Positions 21,544 to 31,025 of a DNA stretch of 64,000 nt are shown one piece after another; the first letter of the stretch is position 1, and each line of letters begins with the position of its first letter. The translations under genes and the position numbers were made by a program. The DNA comes from an uncultured bacterium (GTDB lineage Bacteria > Oederibacteriota > Oederibacteriia > Oederibacteriales > Oederibacteriaceae), in NCBI GenBank assembly GCA_965112635.1, contig OZ218778.1:1984001-2048000 (forward strand), written 5' to 3'. The notes under the pieces are model-generated. The model had not been told where the DNA came from. It made no database searches and saw nothing but the letters and a program-made list of their open reading frames with translations.

Positions 21544-22536
21544 ATGAACAAAGCAAAAGTTTTGATGTGTCCAGAAAAGGGCAAGGTAGAACTGCAGGAT
21601 ATCGAGATCCCTCAGCCGGACAAGGAAGAGATACAGGTCAGGGTCCACGCTTCCCTGATCAGTCCGGGGACAGAAAGGGCGTTCGCGCTGGGTCTGGCCA
21701 ACGCGGTGACGGATTTTCCCTGGCCTCCGGGGTATTGCACGGCTGGAGTGGTGGAGGCCGTGGGAACGGACATCAAACGCTTTAAAGTCGGGGACAGAGT
21801 GGTCGCCGCTATGATCGGGCACCGTTCCCTGGGTAACGCCTGGGAACCCCAGGTGATCCCTGTCGCCGAGGGCGTTCCCTTTGACAAGGCGGTGTTCATG
21901 CCTTTGGGGGTCGTGGCCCTGCAGGGTGTCCGCAAGGCCAGGATAGAGGTCGGCGAGGGAGTTTTGGTGCAGGGCCTGGGCATCATCGGCCAGCTGGCTT
22001 TGCAATACAGCCAACTCAACGGCGGCTTGCCGGTCGTGGGCCTGGACAGAGTGGAGAACAGACTTCAGATCGCCTCAAAGTGCGGGGCGGACGCGGTCTT
22101 TAACGGCGCGGACAAAAAGTGGAAGGACAAGCTGATGGAAATGACCGGAGGAGAGGGGCCACAGGTGCTCATCGAATCCACGGGCGTGCCCGAGGCAGTG
22201 GCGGACGCTTTCCAGACCGTCCGCAAGTTCGGCCGGGTGGTGATGCTGGGAAGCACCAGGGGCGACAGCACCATCAACTTTTACCGGGACGTGCACAAAA
22301 AGGCCCTGACCATTTATGGGGCGCATATTTCCGCCAATGCTTCCAGCGAATCCAGGCCGGGATATTGGACCTGGCTGGACGATGCCGCCTGCTTCATGCG
22401 GACCTTAAAGGCGGGCAAGCTGAAAATCGACCCCCTGACCACGGAAAAGATCTCGTGGAAAAAAGCGGAGGAGACCTACCGTAGCATGCTCAAGGGCAAC
22501 ACCGACATGGTGGGCACGGTCATTAACTGGGAATGA
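21544..22536 (+). CDS. zinc-binding alcohol dehydrogenase family (MDR) oxidoreductase
   Basis: SLISPGTE, GYCTAGVV, GLGIIGQ Rossmann motif, IESTG. Confidence 0.88.
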   Translation: MNKAKVLMCPEKGKVELQDIEIPQPDKEEIQVRVHASLISPGTERAFALGLANAVTDFPWPPGYCTAGVVEAVGTDIKRFKVGDRVVAAMIGHRSLGNAWEPQVIPVAEGVPFDKAVFMPLGVVALQGVRKARIEVGEGVLVQGLGIIGQLALQYSQLNGGLPVVGLDRVENRLQIASKCGADAVFNGADKKWKDKLMEMTGGEGPQVLIESTGVPEAVADAFQTVRKFGRVVMLGSTRGDSTINFYRDVHKKALTIYGAHISANASSESRPGYWTWLDDAACFMRTLKAGKLKIDPLTTEKISWKKAEETYRSMLKGNTDMVGTVINWE

Positions 22537-24545
22537 AAAAGGAGAGAGAATTGAGCGTCATCTATCAGGAAGATTTCAGGGGTTGGGCTCCGGGCTTTTT
22601 GCCCCTCAACCCAAATTACAAAGCCCTGGGCGAATACCACTGCTTTGAATATCCAGACCTCAAAGGGTGGATGTGCCCGACCAACCACTGGAGCTGGGGC
22701 AACTGGGGAGCGCGTTTTTGGAAGGTCGTCAAGAACAAGAACAAAGCCTGCCTGACCCAGACCATCGACAGCCTGTACGACAACATGATCCTCATCAAAT
22801 ACGATGTGGATGCGCGGCATTGCGCCTATGAGGCCGTGGTCACTCCTGCCTCCCGGAAGATCGTGGAGATCGGCCTGGTGTTCAGGTACCGGGACAGTTT
22901 CACCTATTACGCGTTCATCCTTGATTACCATTTGGCCAAGCTGGTCAAAAGAGAAGAGAACCGCTGGGTGGTCCTGGGAGCAACGGCTTTTGAGGCGAAA
23001 AAGAATAAAAGTTACCGTTTGAAAATAGCGGACAGCGGGCCGGCCATCACCTGTTCCATCAATGGAAAACCGCTCATCTATGTCAAAGACCAGCCTGACC
23101 TTTTCAGCGGCAAGACCGGACTTATCGCTAATTTCCCGGCCAGTTTTACGGGCGTGAGCCTGGCCCAAGGGGCCAAGGCCGGCCAATCTGTTAAAAGCTG
23201 GGACATCATGCGGAACAAGTTCAAAAAAGAATATCCCCAACCGGTGCTGTGGCGGGAATTCAGCACCAAAGGGTATGGGACAGGCAAAAATTTCAGGTTC
23301 GGCGACCTGGACAACGACGGCCAGATGGAGATCGTCATCCCCCAGGTCCAATATATTTCCAACAGCAAAACAACCACCACGGCCGTGGGGTGCGTCACGG
23401 CCATTGATTTGAGAGGCAATGTCCTGTGGCAGCACGGCAAGCCTTCCAACTCCTCGGAGATCATTGCCAGCGACGTGCCCTGCCAGGTCTATGACATTGA
23501 CGGCGACGGCTGGCCTGAGGTTTTGTGCGCCATGGATTTTGAGCTGCTCATCATGGACGGCAGGACCGGCAGGATAAAACAGAGGATGCCCACCCCCAGG
23601 CCCATACCCCGCACCAAGACGGAAAAAGAACTGCTCTACGATTACGGAAGCCCCAGCGGGGAGGAGTTCCCCAGGATCGTGCCTCTGGGGCTGCTGGTCT
23701 GCAATGTTTCCGGCAAAAAGCGGGCCTCCGACATCCTGCTCAAGGACTACTACCACAACATCTGGATCTACGACAACAAGCTCAGGTTCCTCTGGCACCA
23801 CCTGTGCAACATCGGGCATACCCCGGCTTTTTACCCCTTGGGCAAGGACCGCAAGGACTGGGTGGTCGCCGGGTTTTCCATCCTGGACCCCACGGGCAAA
23901 TGCGTGCAGAGCTTTGACATGGCCGAGCATTGCGACGCGGTCACGGTGGGGAAGTTCAACGACTTTTCCGGCGAGCCCACCATCGCCATGGTCGCCGGAG
24001 GCGGCGGGTTTTCCCTGTTCGACCGCAAAGGCAATTTCAAGACCAACATGATGGGGCACGCCCAGCACCTCAACATCGCCAACTACAGGCCGGAACTGCC
24101 GGGCCTGGAGTACTGTGTCGTGACCTTCCATGACAACCCCGGGGTCATCTATATGTGGGACACCACGGGCAAACTTCTATGGAAAAAAGAGATGCTCATC
24201 GCCGGATGCACGGGCGAGCCGGTCAACTGGGACGGGTCGGGCGAGGAGCTTATTTTCTACTCCGGCCATCCGGAATACGGCGGCTTGCTCAACGGCTTTG
24301 GCGACAGGGTGGTGAGCTTCCCCAGGGACGGGCATCCTTACCTGTGCGGGGTCAACCTGGACCTGACCGCAGACAAGAGGGACGAGATCCTTTTGTGGGA
24401 CCTGGACAGGGTGAGCATCTACACCCAGGACAGGCCTTTTCAGGGGAAATCCATTTACGAGCCTGTCCGCAAGCCCGGCCTGCATAACTTTTCCAACTAC
24501 AACGCCATCGTGTCCATGCCGCGCTTCGTCAAGCCAAGAGCATAA
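22533..24545 (+). CDS. rhamnogalacturonan lyase (PL11, YesW-like) related beta-propeller protein
   Basis: GDLDNDGQMEIV, VYDIDGDGWPEV, GHAQHLNIANYRPELPGLE; no signal peptide. Confidence 0.6.
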   Translation: MKKERELSVIYQEDFRGWAPGFLPLNPNYKALGEYHCFEYPDLKGWMCPTNHWSWGNWGARFWKVVKNKNKACLTQTIDSLYDNMILIKYDVDARHCAYEAVVTPASRKIVEIGLVFRYRDSFTYYAFILDYHLAKLVKREENRWVVLGATAFEAKKNKSYRLKIADSGPAITCSINGKPLIYVKDQPDLFSGKTGLIANFPASFTGVSLAQGAKAGQSVKSWDIMRNKFKKEYPQPVLWREFSTKGYGTGKNFRFGDLDNDGQMEIVIPQVQYISNSKTTTTAVGCVTAIDLRGNVLWQHGKPSNSSEIIASDVPCQVYDIDGDGWPEVLCAMDFELLIMDGRTGRIKQRMPTPRPIPRTKTEKELLYDYGSPSGEEFPRIVPLGLLVCNVSGKKRASDILLKDYYHNIWIYDNKLRFLWHHLCNIGHTPAFYPLGKDRKDWVVAGFSILDPTGKCVQSFDMAEHCDAVTVGKFNDFSGEPTIAMVAGGGGFSLFDRKGNFKTNMMGHAQHLNIANYRPELPGLEYCVVTFHDNPGVIYMWDTTGKLLWKKEMLIAGCTGEPVNWDGSGEELIFYSGHPEYGGLLNGFGDRVVSFPRDGHPYLCGVNLDLTADKRDEILLWDLDRVSIYTQDRPFQGKSIYEPVRKPGLHNFSNYNAIVSMPRFVKPRA

Positions 24546-24623
24546 TTCCCGGAGCGATGACACAGCCCTAAACGGGTATTCCTGTGTCTAGCCTGGTGCT
24601 GTGCTCAGGGAACCCCCTTTTTT

Positions 24624-24704
24624 CCTTCTATATATATCAATCTGGATAATGGGTCGCAGGGCTCCATCAAGATCGGGCCCAAGAAGTTCATCGTGCTCCA
24701 TTAA
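24624..24704 (+). pseudogene. relic 3' end of a CTD-bearing secreted protein
   Basis: Translates as ..IYINLDNGSQGSIKIGPKKFIVLH*, versus ..NNKVGPKKFIVLK* at the end of the gene finishing at 21349. Confidence 0.55.
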
Positions 24705-24888
24705 CCCCGTCCTCAAAAGCTGGCGATTTCCAGATAAGACAATCCCCCCGGAATACCCCCACAATGCCCTCAATGCTGGGTTAAGTCCCTGCCGGACTGC
24801 TCTGGCTGGTCTGGTTGGTTTAACCGCAACAATCCCGCCTTCAGCGAGGCCTCTTTAAAATACCTCTGGATTCCGGCTAACCGCCAAC

Positions 24889-25213
24889 TGTCCGTAAAAC
24901 TGTCCGTAAAAAGTGTCCGCAAAGAATGTCCGCAAAGAACTGTCCGTAAAAACCTGCTATAAAACAATACTGTTATTAAATAACAATATTCAAGTGTCCG
25001 TAAAAACTGTCCATAAAACTGTCCGCAAAAGTGTCCGCAAAGAATGTCCGTAAAAAGTGTCCGCAAAGAATGTCCGCAAAGAACTGTCCGTAAAAACCTG
25101 CTATAAAACAATACTGTTATTAAATAACAATATTCAAGTGTCCGTAAAAACTGTCCATAAAACTGTCCGCAAAAGTGTCCGCAAAGAATGTCCGTAAAAA
25201 GTGTCCGCAAAAG
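24889..25213 (+). repeat. iteron-like array: 19 copies of TGTCC(G/A)YAAA (12-14 bp units) with a 144-bp higher-order duplication and two AT-rich palindromic spacers
   Basis: Units counted directly; equivalent positions 24901, 25045 and 25189; spacer contains TGTTATT-A-AATAACA. Confidence 0.95.
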
Positions 25214-25223
25214 GCCAGGGTGT

Positions 25224-25232
25224 TGGTATAAT
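25224..25232 (+). promoter_or_regulatory. extended -10 promoter (TGgTATAAT) for the wHTH-secretin operon
   Basis: Perfect TGnTATAAT 9 nt upstream of ATG 25242; the -35 position falls inside the last repeat. Confidence 0.65.
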
Positions 25233-25241
25233 GACCAACCT

Positions 25242-26219
25242 ATGCTGGACGCTTTAAAATCTCTCAGGACCCCAAAAAAGGACACTCAGGGTATCTTTGG
25301 CCTGCTGGCCTGGATATTCGGCGGGGTCTTCTTTTGCCATGTGATTTACCGCCTGTTTATCACCCCTGTGGACGGCTATCTGACCACCCACCAAAAATGG
25401 GTCCATGTCAGCCTGGGAAGCAACCCCTACTTCCTGACCGACCTGGGCCAATCCTGCGTTCCCTTTGTTATCTACATCATCTTCCTGTATCTCTACCTGT
25501 TCCTGCAGGAAGCCCGCTGCTGGGTGCTTTACCGGGCTCTCCAGGACGACCCGGCCCTGAGTATAGGTCAGATGACCTCTTTTCGCGGTCTAAAAGCCTG
25601 GTTCTACCTGTGGCTCGTCTGCCACTGGATGGCCATCCTAGGGGTCTACCGCATCTATACCACGGACGATAACCGGGTCTTTTTTCTCGATCTGACGGTG
25701 TGGTTCTGTTTGTGGGCATTCCTGGTCCAGTGGGCCAGCCAGAGCATCCTCAACCATCTGAGGGAAGTCAGGGACAGCGTGGCCCCCCAGTCTCTCCAAA
25801 AGGTCAGGGAGTCTTTTGGCAGCCTTTTCAAGGATGTCTGGTTCAGCGTGTGGGCTGACTCCATGCTCAAGCCGGAGCCGAAATTCAGGGAGCCTGATCC
25901 AGCGGTATCGCCGCTAGGCGGGCAGACCAGGGTCATCGATGTGGAGGCCGGGCCTGTCCAGGAAAAACCCCAGCCTGAGCCAGCGCCTGATAAGCCGGTG
26001 CAGGAAACCAGGACAGGGCCGGTCAAACAGCAGATATTGGACTGGGCCATCAAAAAGGTTGATTGGTTCAGCCCCAGGGAGCTGGAGGAGGATTTAAAGA
26101 TAAAATCCAAGACACGGCAACGCTATACCAACGAGCTCGTGGGCGAGAACCGTCTGGAAAAGGACGGCTCCGGCCCGCGCAACACAAAGTTCCGGGCGAA
26201 AAGAGGTTCTTTGAAATGA
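25242..26219 (+). CDS. membrane protein (about 4 TM) with Pro-rich linker and C-terminal winged-helix DNA-binding domain
   Basis: Hydrophobic segments in the N-half; C-terminal ILDWAIKKVDWFSPRELEEDLKIKSKTRQRYTNELVGENRLEKDGSGPRNTKFR has a wHTH pattern. Confidence 0.7.
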   Translation: MLDALKSLRTPKKDTQGIFGLLAWIFGGVFFCHVIYRLFITPVDGYLTTHQKWVHVSLGSNPYFLTDLGQSCVPFVIYIIFLYLYLFLQEARCWVLYRALQDDPALSIGQMTSFRGLKAWFYLWLVCHWMAILGVYRIYTTDDNRVFFLDLTVWFCLWAFLVQWASQSILNHLREVRDSVAPQSLQKVRESFGSLFKDVWFSVWADSMLKPEPKFREPDPAVSPLGGQTRVIDVEAGPVQEKPQPEPAPDKPVQETRTGPVKQQILDWAIKKVDWFSPRELEEDLKIKSKTRQRYTNELVGENRLEKDGSGPRNTKFRAKRGSLK

Positions 26220-27634
26220 AACGAGCAGGGCTCCTCTGTTTCTGCCTTGTCCTTGGTCTGGCTGTCCTGGCCAAGTCCCAGGACACCGACACCCTGACCC
26301 TGGGGAAGGGCGAAAGCAAAACTTACACGGTGGGCGACCCTTCCGGCTGTTTCGTCGACAACACCAGCATCCTGTCCCTGCAGACCATTGGAGACAACCA
26401 GATCAAGGTCACGGCCCTGCAACCAGGCCAATGCACCCTGACCCTGCCGGGCAAAGGAGGAAGGAACAGGTACATCGAGGTAGCGGTGTCAGAAACAGTT
26501 CCAAGTTCAAAGTTAAATGTTCCAAGTTCTGACTTGAAACTTGGAACTCGAAACTCGGAACTTGCTCCTAATCCTGACTTGAAACTAGGAACTTCAAATT
26601 CTAATAGGAATCGTGGTTCTAACAGGAGCAATAACGGCGTCAGGGCCAGGGTAAAAGTCGCCGGCGTCAGTCTGTCCACCAACCTGGGACTGGCCAACAG
26701 TGCCCCCACGCCTGAGCCCACGCCGGACCGGACCATGATCCAATACAATGTCAAACTGGTGCAGGTGAGCGAAAGCAACGCCCGCCAGCTGGGCATAGAC
26801 TGGGCCAACACCCTGCAGGGCCCCAATGCCGGCGGTGACACGCCTTTGCATGTGAGCGAACAGGCCAACCCTCCCTTGCTCAACTGGGGCTCGTTCCAGC
26901 GGGGCAGTACGGATGTGAAGCTGGACGCCCTGGTGACCCAGGGCTTTGCCAAGGTTTTGGCCGAACCCATGGTGCTGGTGGAAAACAACTCGACCTCGGA
27001 CAACGGCAACGGAGGACAGCTTCCCCTGGTCAGCGCGGCCCCCTTGTCCAGCAACTCCATCAACCTGAAACAGTACGGCACGACCCTGACCATCGGGAGC
27101 CAGCTTGTCGGGGACGGCAAAGTGGAGACCAAATACAATATCGAGCAGTCCCTGCCTGACAGCACCTACAGCGTGAGCCAGTCCAACGGGGCATCCGCTC
27201 CGGCCCTGCGCAACGGATACGCCCGGGGCCAGGTGTGCTCCAAGCTGGGCGATACCGTGTTCCTGGACAGCCTGGTGCAGGTCCAGCAGATGAAAACCAC
27301 CAGCAAAGTGCCGGTCCTGGGAGACCTGTGGCTCATCGGCGGGATATTCACCAATACCAGCACCCAGGATACCCGCGACTATATCCTCATCTTTATGACC
27401 CCGGACCTGTACGCTACCAGGGCCAAAGCCGGGCAGGAAAAATACTTCCCGGAGCAGGAGGGGAATAAAAGCCTTGACCCAGCCAGGAATGACTGGGACA
27501 GGGAACCCGGCCAGCCCGCGGTTCTGGGCGAAGGACAGCGCAGGATTTTTGGCGTCCTAAATTTGATGCTCGGCATCCCCGATTACTCGCTCCTTTTCCC
27601 CGATCCCGGCAACGCCAACAAAGATGAACAATAA
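26216..27634 (+). CDS. secretin (CpaC/RcpA-like, GspD superfamily)
   Basis: Signal peptide MKRAGLL..; pilus N-domain (LTLGKGES..VTALQPGQCTL); RQLGIDW, AKVLAEP, KQYGTTL, SKVPVLGDLWLIGGIF, ILIFMTP; ATGA overlap with upstream gene. Confidence 0.85.
   Translation: MKRAGLLCFCLVLGLAVLAKSQDTDTLTLGKGESKTYTVGDPSGCFVDNTSILSLQTIGDNQIKVTALQPGQCTLTLPGKGGRNRYIEVAVSETVPSSKLNVPSSDLKLGTRNSELAPNPDLKLGTSNSNRNRGSNRSNNGVRARVKVAGVSLSTNLGLANSAPTPEPTPDRTMIQYNVKLVQVSESNARQLGIDWANTLQGPNAGGDTPLHVSEQANPPLLNWGSFQRGSTDVKLDALVTQGFAKVLAEPMVLVENNSTSDNGNGGQLPLVSAAPLSSNSINLKQYGTTLTIGSQLVGDGKVETKYNIEQSLPDSTYSVSQSNGASAPALRNGYARGQVCSKLGDTVFLDSLVQVQQMKTTSKVPVLGDLWLIGGIFTNTSTQDTRDYILIFMTPDLYATRAKAGQEKYFPEQEGNKSLDPARNDWDREPGQPAVLGEGQRRIFGVLNLMLGIPDYSLLFPDPGNANKDEQ
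26497..26597 (+). repeat. inverted heptamer array inside the secretin ORF
   Basis: agttcca agttcaa agttaaa tgttcca agttctg followed by the complementary acttgaa acttgga actcgaa actcgga ... acttgaa actagga acttcaa. Confidence 0.8.
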
Positions 27635-27828
27635 TGCGTCAAACTCTCTTGTAATAATGCGTTTCCGCTCAAGAGAGTTTGTGCAGAACTAGCTGTTCTA
27701 CATCTCCACACTGGCGTTGGCGGATCGCAACAGCCTTGCGAGCCTGACAATCGTCCCGCTCTCCTTCGGTGTTTCGTCAATCGCCGTAACGCCGAAAGAG
27801 AAATAGATTGCCAAAAAGCGGGAAAGGT

Positions 27829-27857
27829 TTGACATAGGGGGACAGGGGGAGGAAAAT
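27829..27857 (+). promoter_or_regulatory. repeated promoter module, copy 1 (TTGACA-N17-GAAAAT)
   Basis: Same spacing and GGGGGAG-GAAAAT end as copies at 36530 and 42277. Confidence 0.65.
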
Positions 27858-27891
27858 CAGGATAATGATGGAATTAATTAAAAAAAAGAGG

Positions 27892-29261
27892 GGGTCATCT
27901 CCCAAGTGAGTGGGTAAATTCTGGTCATTTTAGTTAAACTCAGGGAGCATACAGGTCAGGACTTTTAACCTGAGATACTCTTCGTCCCTTAACCCATATG
28001 TCCTTCTCTGAATCACACGAATCTTGTTGTTCAACCCTTCCACAAAACCCAGTGAGACTTTGTTATCGGGATTGAAGTAGGCCACAATACCCTCCCAATG
28101 GCGCTCGACCAGTCGGGCAAAATCCTCGAATGGTTTGAGACGCTGCCACTTCAGCGAGGCCGTCCAGTTGTCGAAAAACTTTCTAGCTGAAGCTTCGTAG
28201 CTGTAGTCCCAAAGCTGTGTAAAGGACTCTTTGAGCATGTAGGCAGTATTGAGTCGCTTGTTGGCGGCCAGCAAGGCCTTGAGAGCCCTCTTTCCATCCA
28301 GCGAAAGGTTCTCGTGATTGGAAAGCAGGTTGTACTTCTGGCCTTTGATGAAACGCCGCCCTCTACCTGAGACTCTGGCATACTCGCTCTTGCGTATCTT
28401 GTCCAAGGCCTCATTGAGCTGGCGTTGGACATGAAAATGGTCGTAGAGAATGGCGGCGTTGGTGTGCGTCCATGTAGCACTCTCAAAGGCTGGCCACATG
28501 TCCATCACCGCAAGTCGGATTTTTGCGCACCTGCTTGGTCCAATCTCCTCAAAAAAGAGTTCCATACTCTCCTCGGAACGGTCTATCCCGCCAAACCAGA
28601 TAGGCCTCTTTTTCTCCAGGTCACTGACCACGATCCGATAGGTATGCCCCTTACGGATAGAGATTTCGTCAATACCGATGACCTCGGGCTTGGGCTTTCC
28701 GGCTCTGCGGAGTTTTTCCTGCATATACTGCTTCTCAAGCTCTTTGACGGTCTTCCAATCCAGCCTTAACTCTTTGGCTACGGCCTGGATCGTCGAAGTA
28801 CTGCAACGATTGCCCACATAGTAGCCAAAGCGCTTGGTGTAGAAGGGATTATCCGCTAGAAAGGCGAACTTCTCTTGCTTCACCATGCCACAACTCTTGC
28901 ACAAGACCCGCCGGACTTCCAACTCCAGGAAGACCCGATAATCACCGCAGGAGAGGTCTCGCACCCTCCTGATCCTTCGGTCATAAAAACTGCGGTGCTC
29001 CAGGCCGCAGGTCGGGCAGACTGTTTTTTTTGAAGTCTCTTCAGCCGGATGATACGGGCTTTGGGGTCTCCAAAAACTCCAAATACTTCTGTCTCCGGCG
29101 TGAAACCCTTAAACCGGTATGCGTCTGTAAGCCGTCTGTGTTTTTTCATCCACCTAGAAAACACCAAAAGCTACAGCCTTGCAAGTCCTAAAACCCTTGC
29201 TACACTTACCTTAATTCATCTTTCTGGCTAACTTTTTACCCACTCGGGAAGGAGAAGAGCC
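27892..29261 (-). mobile_element. ISL3-family insertion sequence (1370 bp)
   Basis: Imperfect 27-bp IRs (GGGTCATCTCC..GAGTGGGTAAA / GGCTCTTCTCC..GAGTGGGTAAA); 8-bp TSD AAAAGAGG at 27884-27891 and 29262-29269. Confidence 0.93.
27930..29167 (-). CDS. ISL3 transposase in two frames joined by a -1 shift at an A8 tract
   Basis: IGIDEIS, VMDMWPAF, YDHFHV, VEGLNNKIR; a -1 shift at 29024-29031 gives KKTVCPTCG..RRVRDL (ISL3 zinc finger). Confidence 0.88.
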
Positions 29262-29280
29262 AAAAGAGGTAGGGGGCACT

Positions 29281-30978
29281 ATGGAATGCAATAAGTGTGG
29301 TAAACAGATATCAGGAATTAGTTATTTCTTTAGTGCTCCTGGGGAATTATGGGAAAAATGTAGGAAGTGCGGCAAGGGCTTTTGTAAACATTGTATAAGC
29401 GTAGATAGTGAAGGTAAATATTTCTGTAATGAATGTAAAGGGATAGTCAAAATGAATGGAACTATTGAAAAAGCTAATAAGAAAATAAATCTAGCACCAC
29501 TAGGATTATTGATTCTGTTCCTAGTCATTCCGGTTGTTGCATTTATTGCCTCTTATGCAATTCAAGGGCAGCTAGATACAAATTTTCGGACCGCATTACT
29601 CAAGGATTATCCGGAGCGATCTACTGAAATATCTACATTAACGGCATCTTCTGCTTGTAGTAATCAGAAGTTTAGGGCTGCTGCGGGAGATTTTTGTGAA
29701 TTAAATGACATAATAAATTTGATGAGGCTATGCGCCATTTTTACTGCTGTTTTAGGTATCGGGCTTCTTATTATCATTAAAATTGCTGGGTTGATTACAC
29801 GTGGCAGCCGAAGATTTCTATTACTTATTTTTAAACCAGGATTACACATAACCATGTTAGCGCTGAGTTTGCTAATGATATTGAATGCTTCTTTAGGTAT
29901 TTTCGCAATATATTATGGTGAATCTGTTTTCTTAGGAAGGGTTCATGTATTTGTTATAGTTGGTTTAGGACTTGGGGCGCTGTTTGGTGTTATATCAATG
30001 TTTAAGGCGCAATTAAGTACAACCAAAAGAGCTTCGGTATTTGTTCTTGGAAAAAAACTAGAACCAGAACATCAACCGAAAATATGGGAATTTGTTAACG
30101 AACAATCAAGGCAAATGGGTGCAGAACGACCGCAGGCAATAGTTGCTGGATTAGAACCAAATTTTTATGTTACCGAAGCGGATGTTATCTGTTTGGATGG
30201 CACAATAAAAGGTAGAACAATGTATGTCTCTATGCCTCTTTGCCGTATTCTCAATGTCGAAGAAATAAAAGCAGTCCTTGATCATGAGTTAGCCCACTAC
30301 AAAGGACTTGATACTAAGTTTAGTAAAAAGTTTTATCCAATATATCGTGGGGCAACACAAGGACTTGTCAATATATCTTCAGGTTATTCAGACCATGGGG
30401 CAGCAGGTCAAATAGTATTAATGCCAGCAATGCTAACCCTGGCTTATTTTCTAAATTCTTTTTCTGTCGCAGAAAATAAAATTAGCAGAGAAAGAGAACT
30501 GGCCGCTGATAGTGAAGCGGCAAAGCATGAAGGATCTCAAAGAATAGCTACGGCTCTTGTTAAAATTCAGACATTTTCAACTATCTGGAATGTTGTGCAA
30601 CAATTAATGTGTAAATCAATTGGAGAAGGTAAAATGATAATAAATGCCAGTGAATTTTATTCAACAATAGTTCAGGACAGAGATAAAGAAAACCCTTCTA
30701 TCAATGTTTTAGAAGAAGGACCAGCCCACCCAACAGATAGTCACCCTCCACTTAATCAACGTTTTGAAAATTTAAATTTAACGTTAAATGATGTTATGAA
30801 AGATGTTGAAAATACAGCGCCGCGTAAACCCGCCATAGGTTTATTTGATAATGTTGAGACGCTAGAAAAAGAACTAACAGAAGCCGAACATATGTGGATG
30901 GTACGAACTGGTAGAGCGCAAGCCCCAGTAGAAAATCCAAATAAAGAGGAAACGGAAAATAAAATCCCCGCAAAATAA
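29281..30978 (+). CDS. M48 (HtpX-like) membrane zinc metalloprotease with N-terminal Cys-rich zinc finger
   Basis: CNKC..CRKC..FCKHC..CNEC; TM segments; AVLDHELAH; SRERELAAD; DSHPP. Confidence 0.85.
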   Translation: MECNKCGKQISGISYFFSAPGELWEKCRKCGKGFCKHCISVDSEGKYFCNECKGIVKMNGTIEKANKKINLAPLGLLILFLVIPVVAFIASYAIQGQLDTNFRTALLKDYPERSTEISTLTASSACSNQKFRAAAGDFCELNDIINLMRLCAIFTAVLGIGLLIIIKIAGLITRGSRRFLLLIFKPGLHITMLALSLLMILNASLGIFAIYYGESVFLGRVHVFVIVGLGLGALFGVISMFKAQLSTTKRASVFVLGKKLEPEHQPKIWEFVNEQSRQMGAERPQAIVAGLEPNFYVTEADVICLDGTIKGRTMYVSMPLCRILNVEEIKAVLDHELAHYKGLDTKFSKKFYPIYRGATQGLVNISSGYSDHGAAGQIVLMPAMLTLAYFLNSFSVAENKISRERELAADSEAAKHEGSQRIATALVKIQTFSTIWNVVQQLMCKSIGEGKMIINASEFYSTIVQDRDKENPSINVLEEGPAHPTDSHPPLNQRFENLNLTLNDVMKDVENTAPRKPAIGLFDNVETLEKELTEAEHMWMVRTGRAQAPVENPNKEETENKIPAK

Positions 30979-31025
30979 ATAAGTATTTTATTAATGGAAC
31001 AGAATAGTGAATGGGATAATCAAAT

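Noticed and set aside
22476-24131. 551-aa antisense ORF and similar shadow ORFs (e.g. 15289-16278, 26323-27165)
   Set aside because: They lie fully opposite well-supported genes and are explained by codon bias.
24889-25213. CRISPR array
   Set aside because: Units are 12-14 bp and contiguous, the two longer spacers are identical, and there are no cas genes in the window.
24770-25285. 171-aa minus-strand ORF
   Set aside because: It is a translation of the repeat array with no protein-like features and overlaps the promoter and start of the + strand gene.
25242-27634. Filamentous prophage (pIV secretin)
   Set aside because: No Zot/pI ATPase, Rep or small coat genes; the secretin N-domain looks like CpaC/RcpA.
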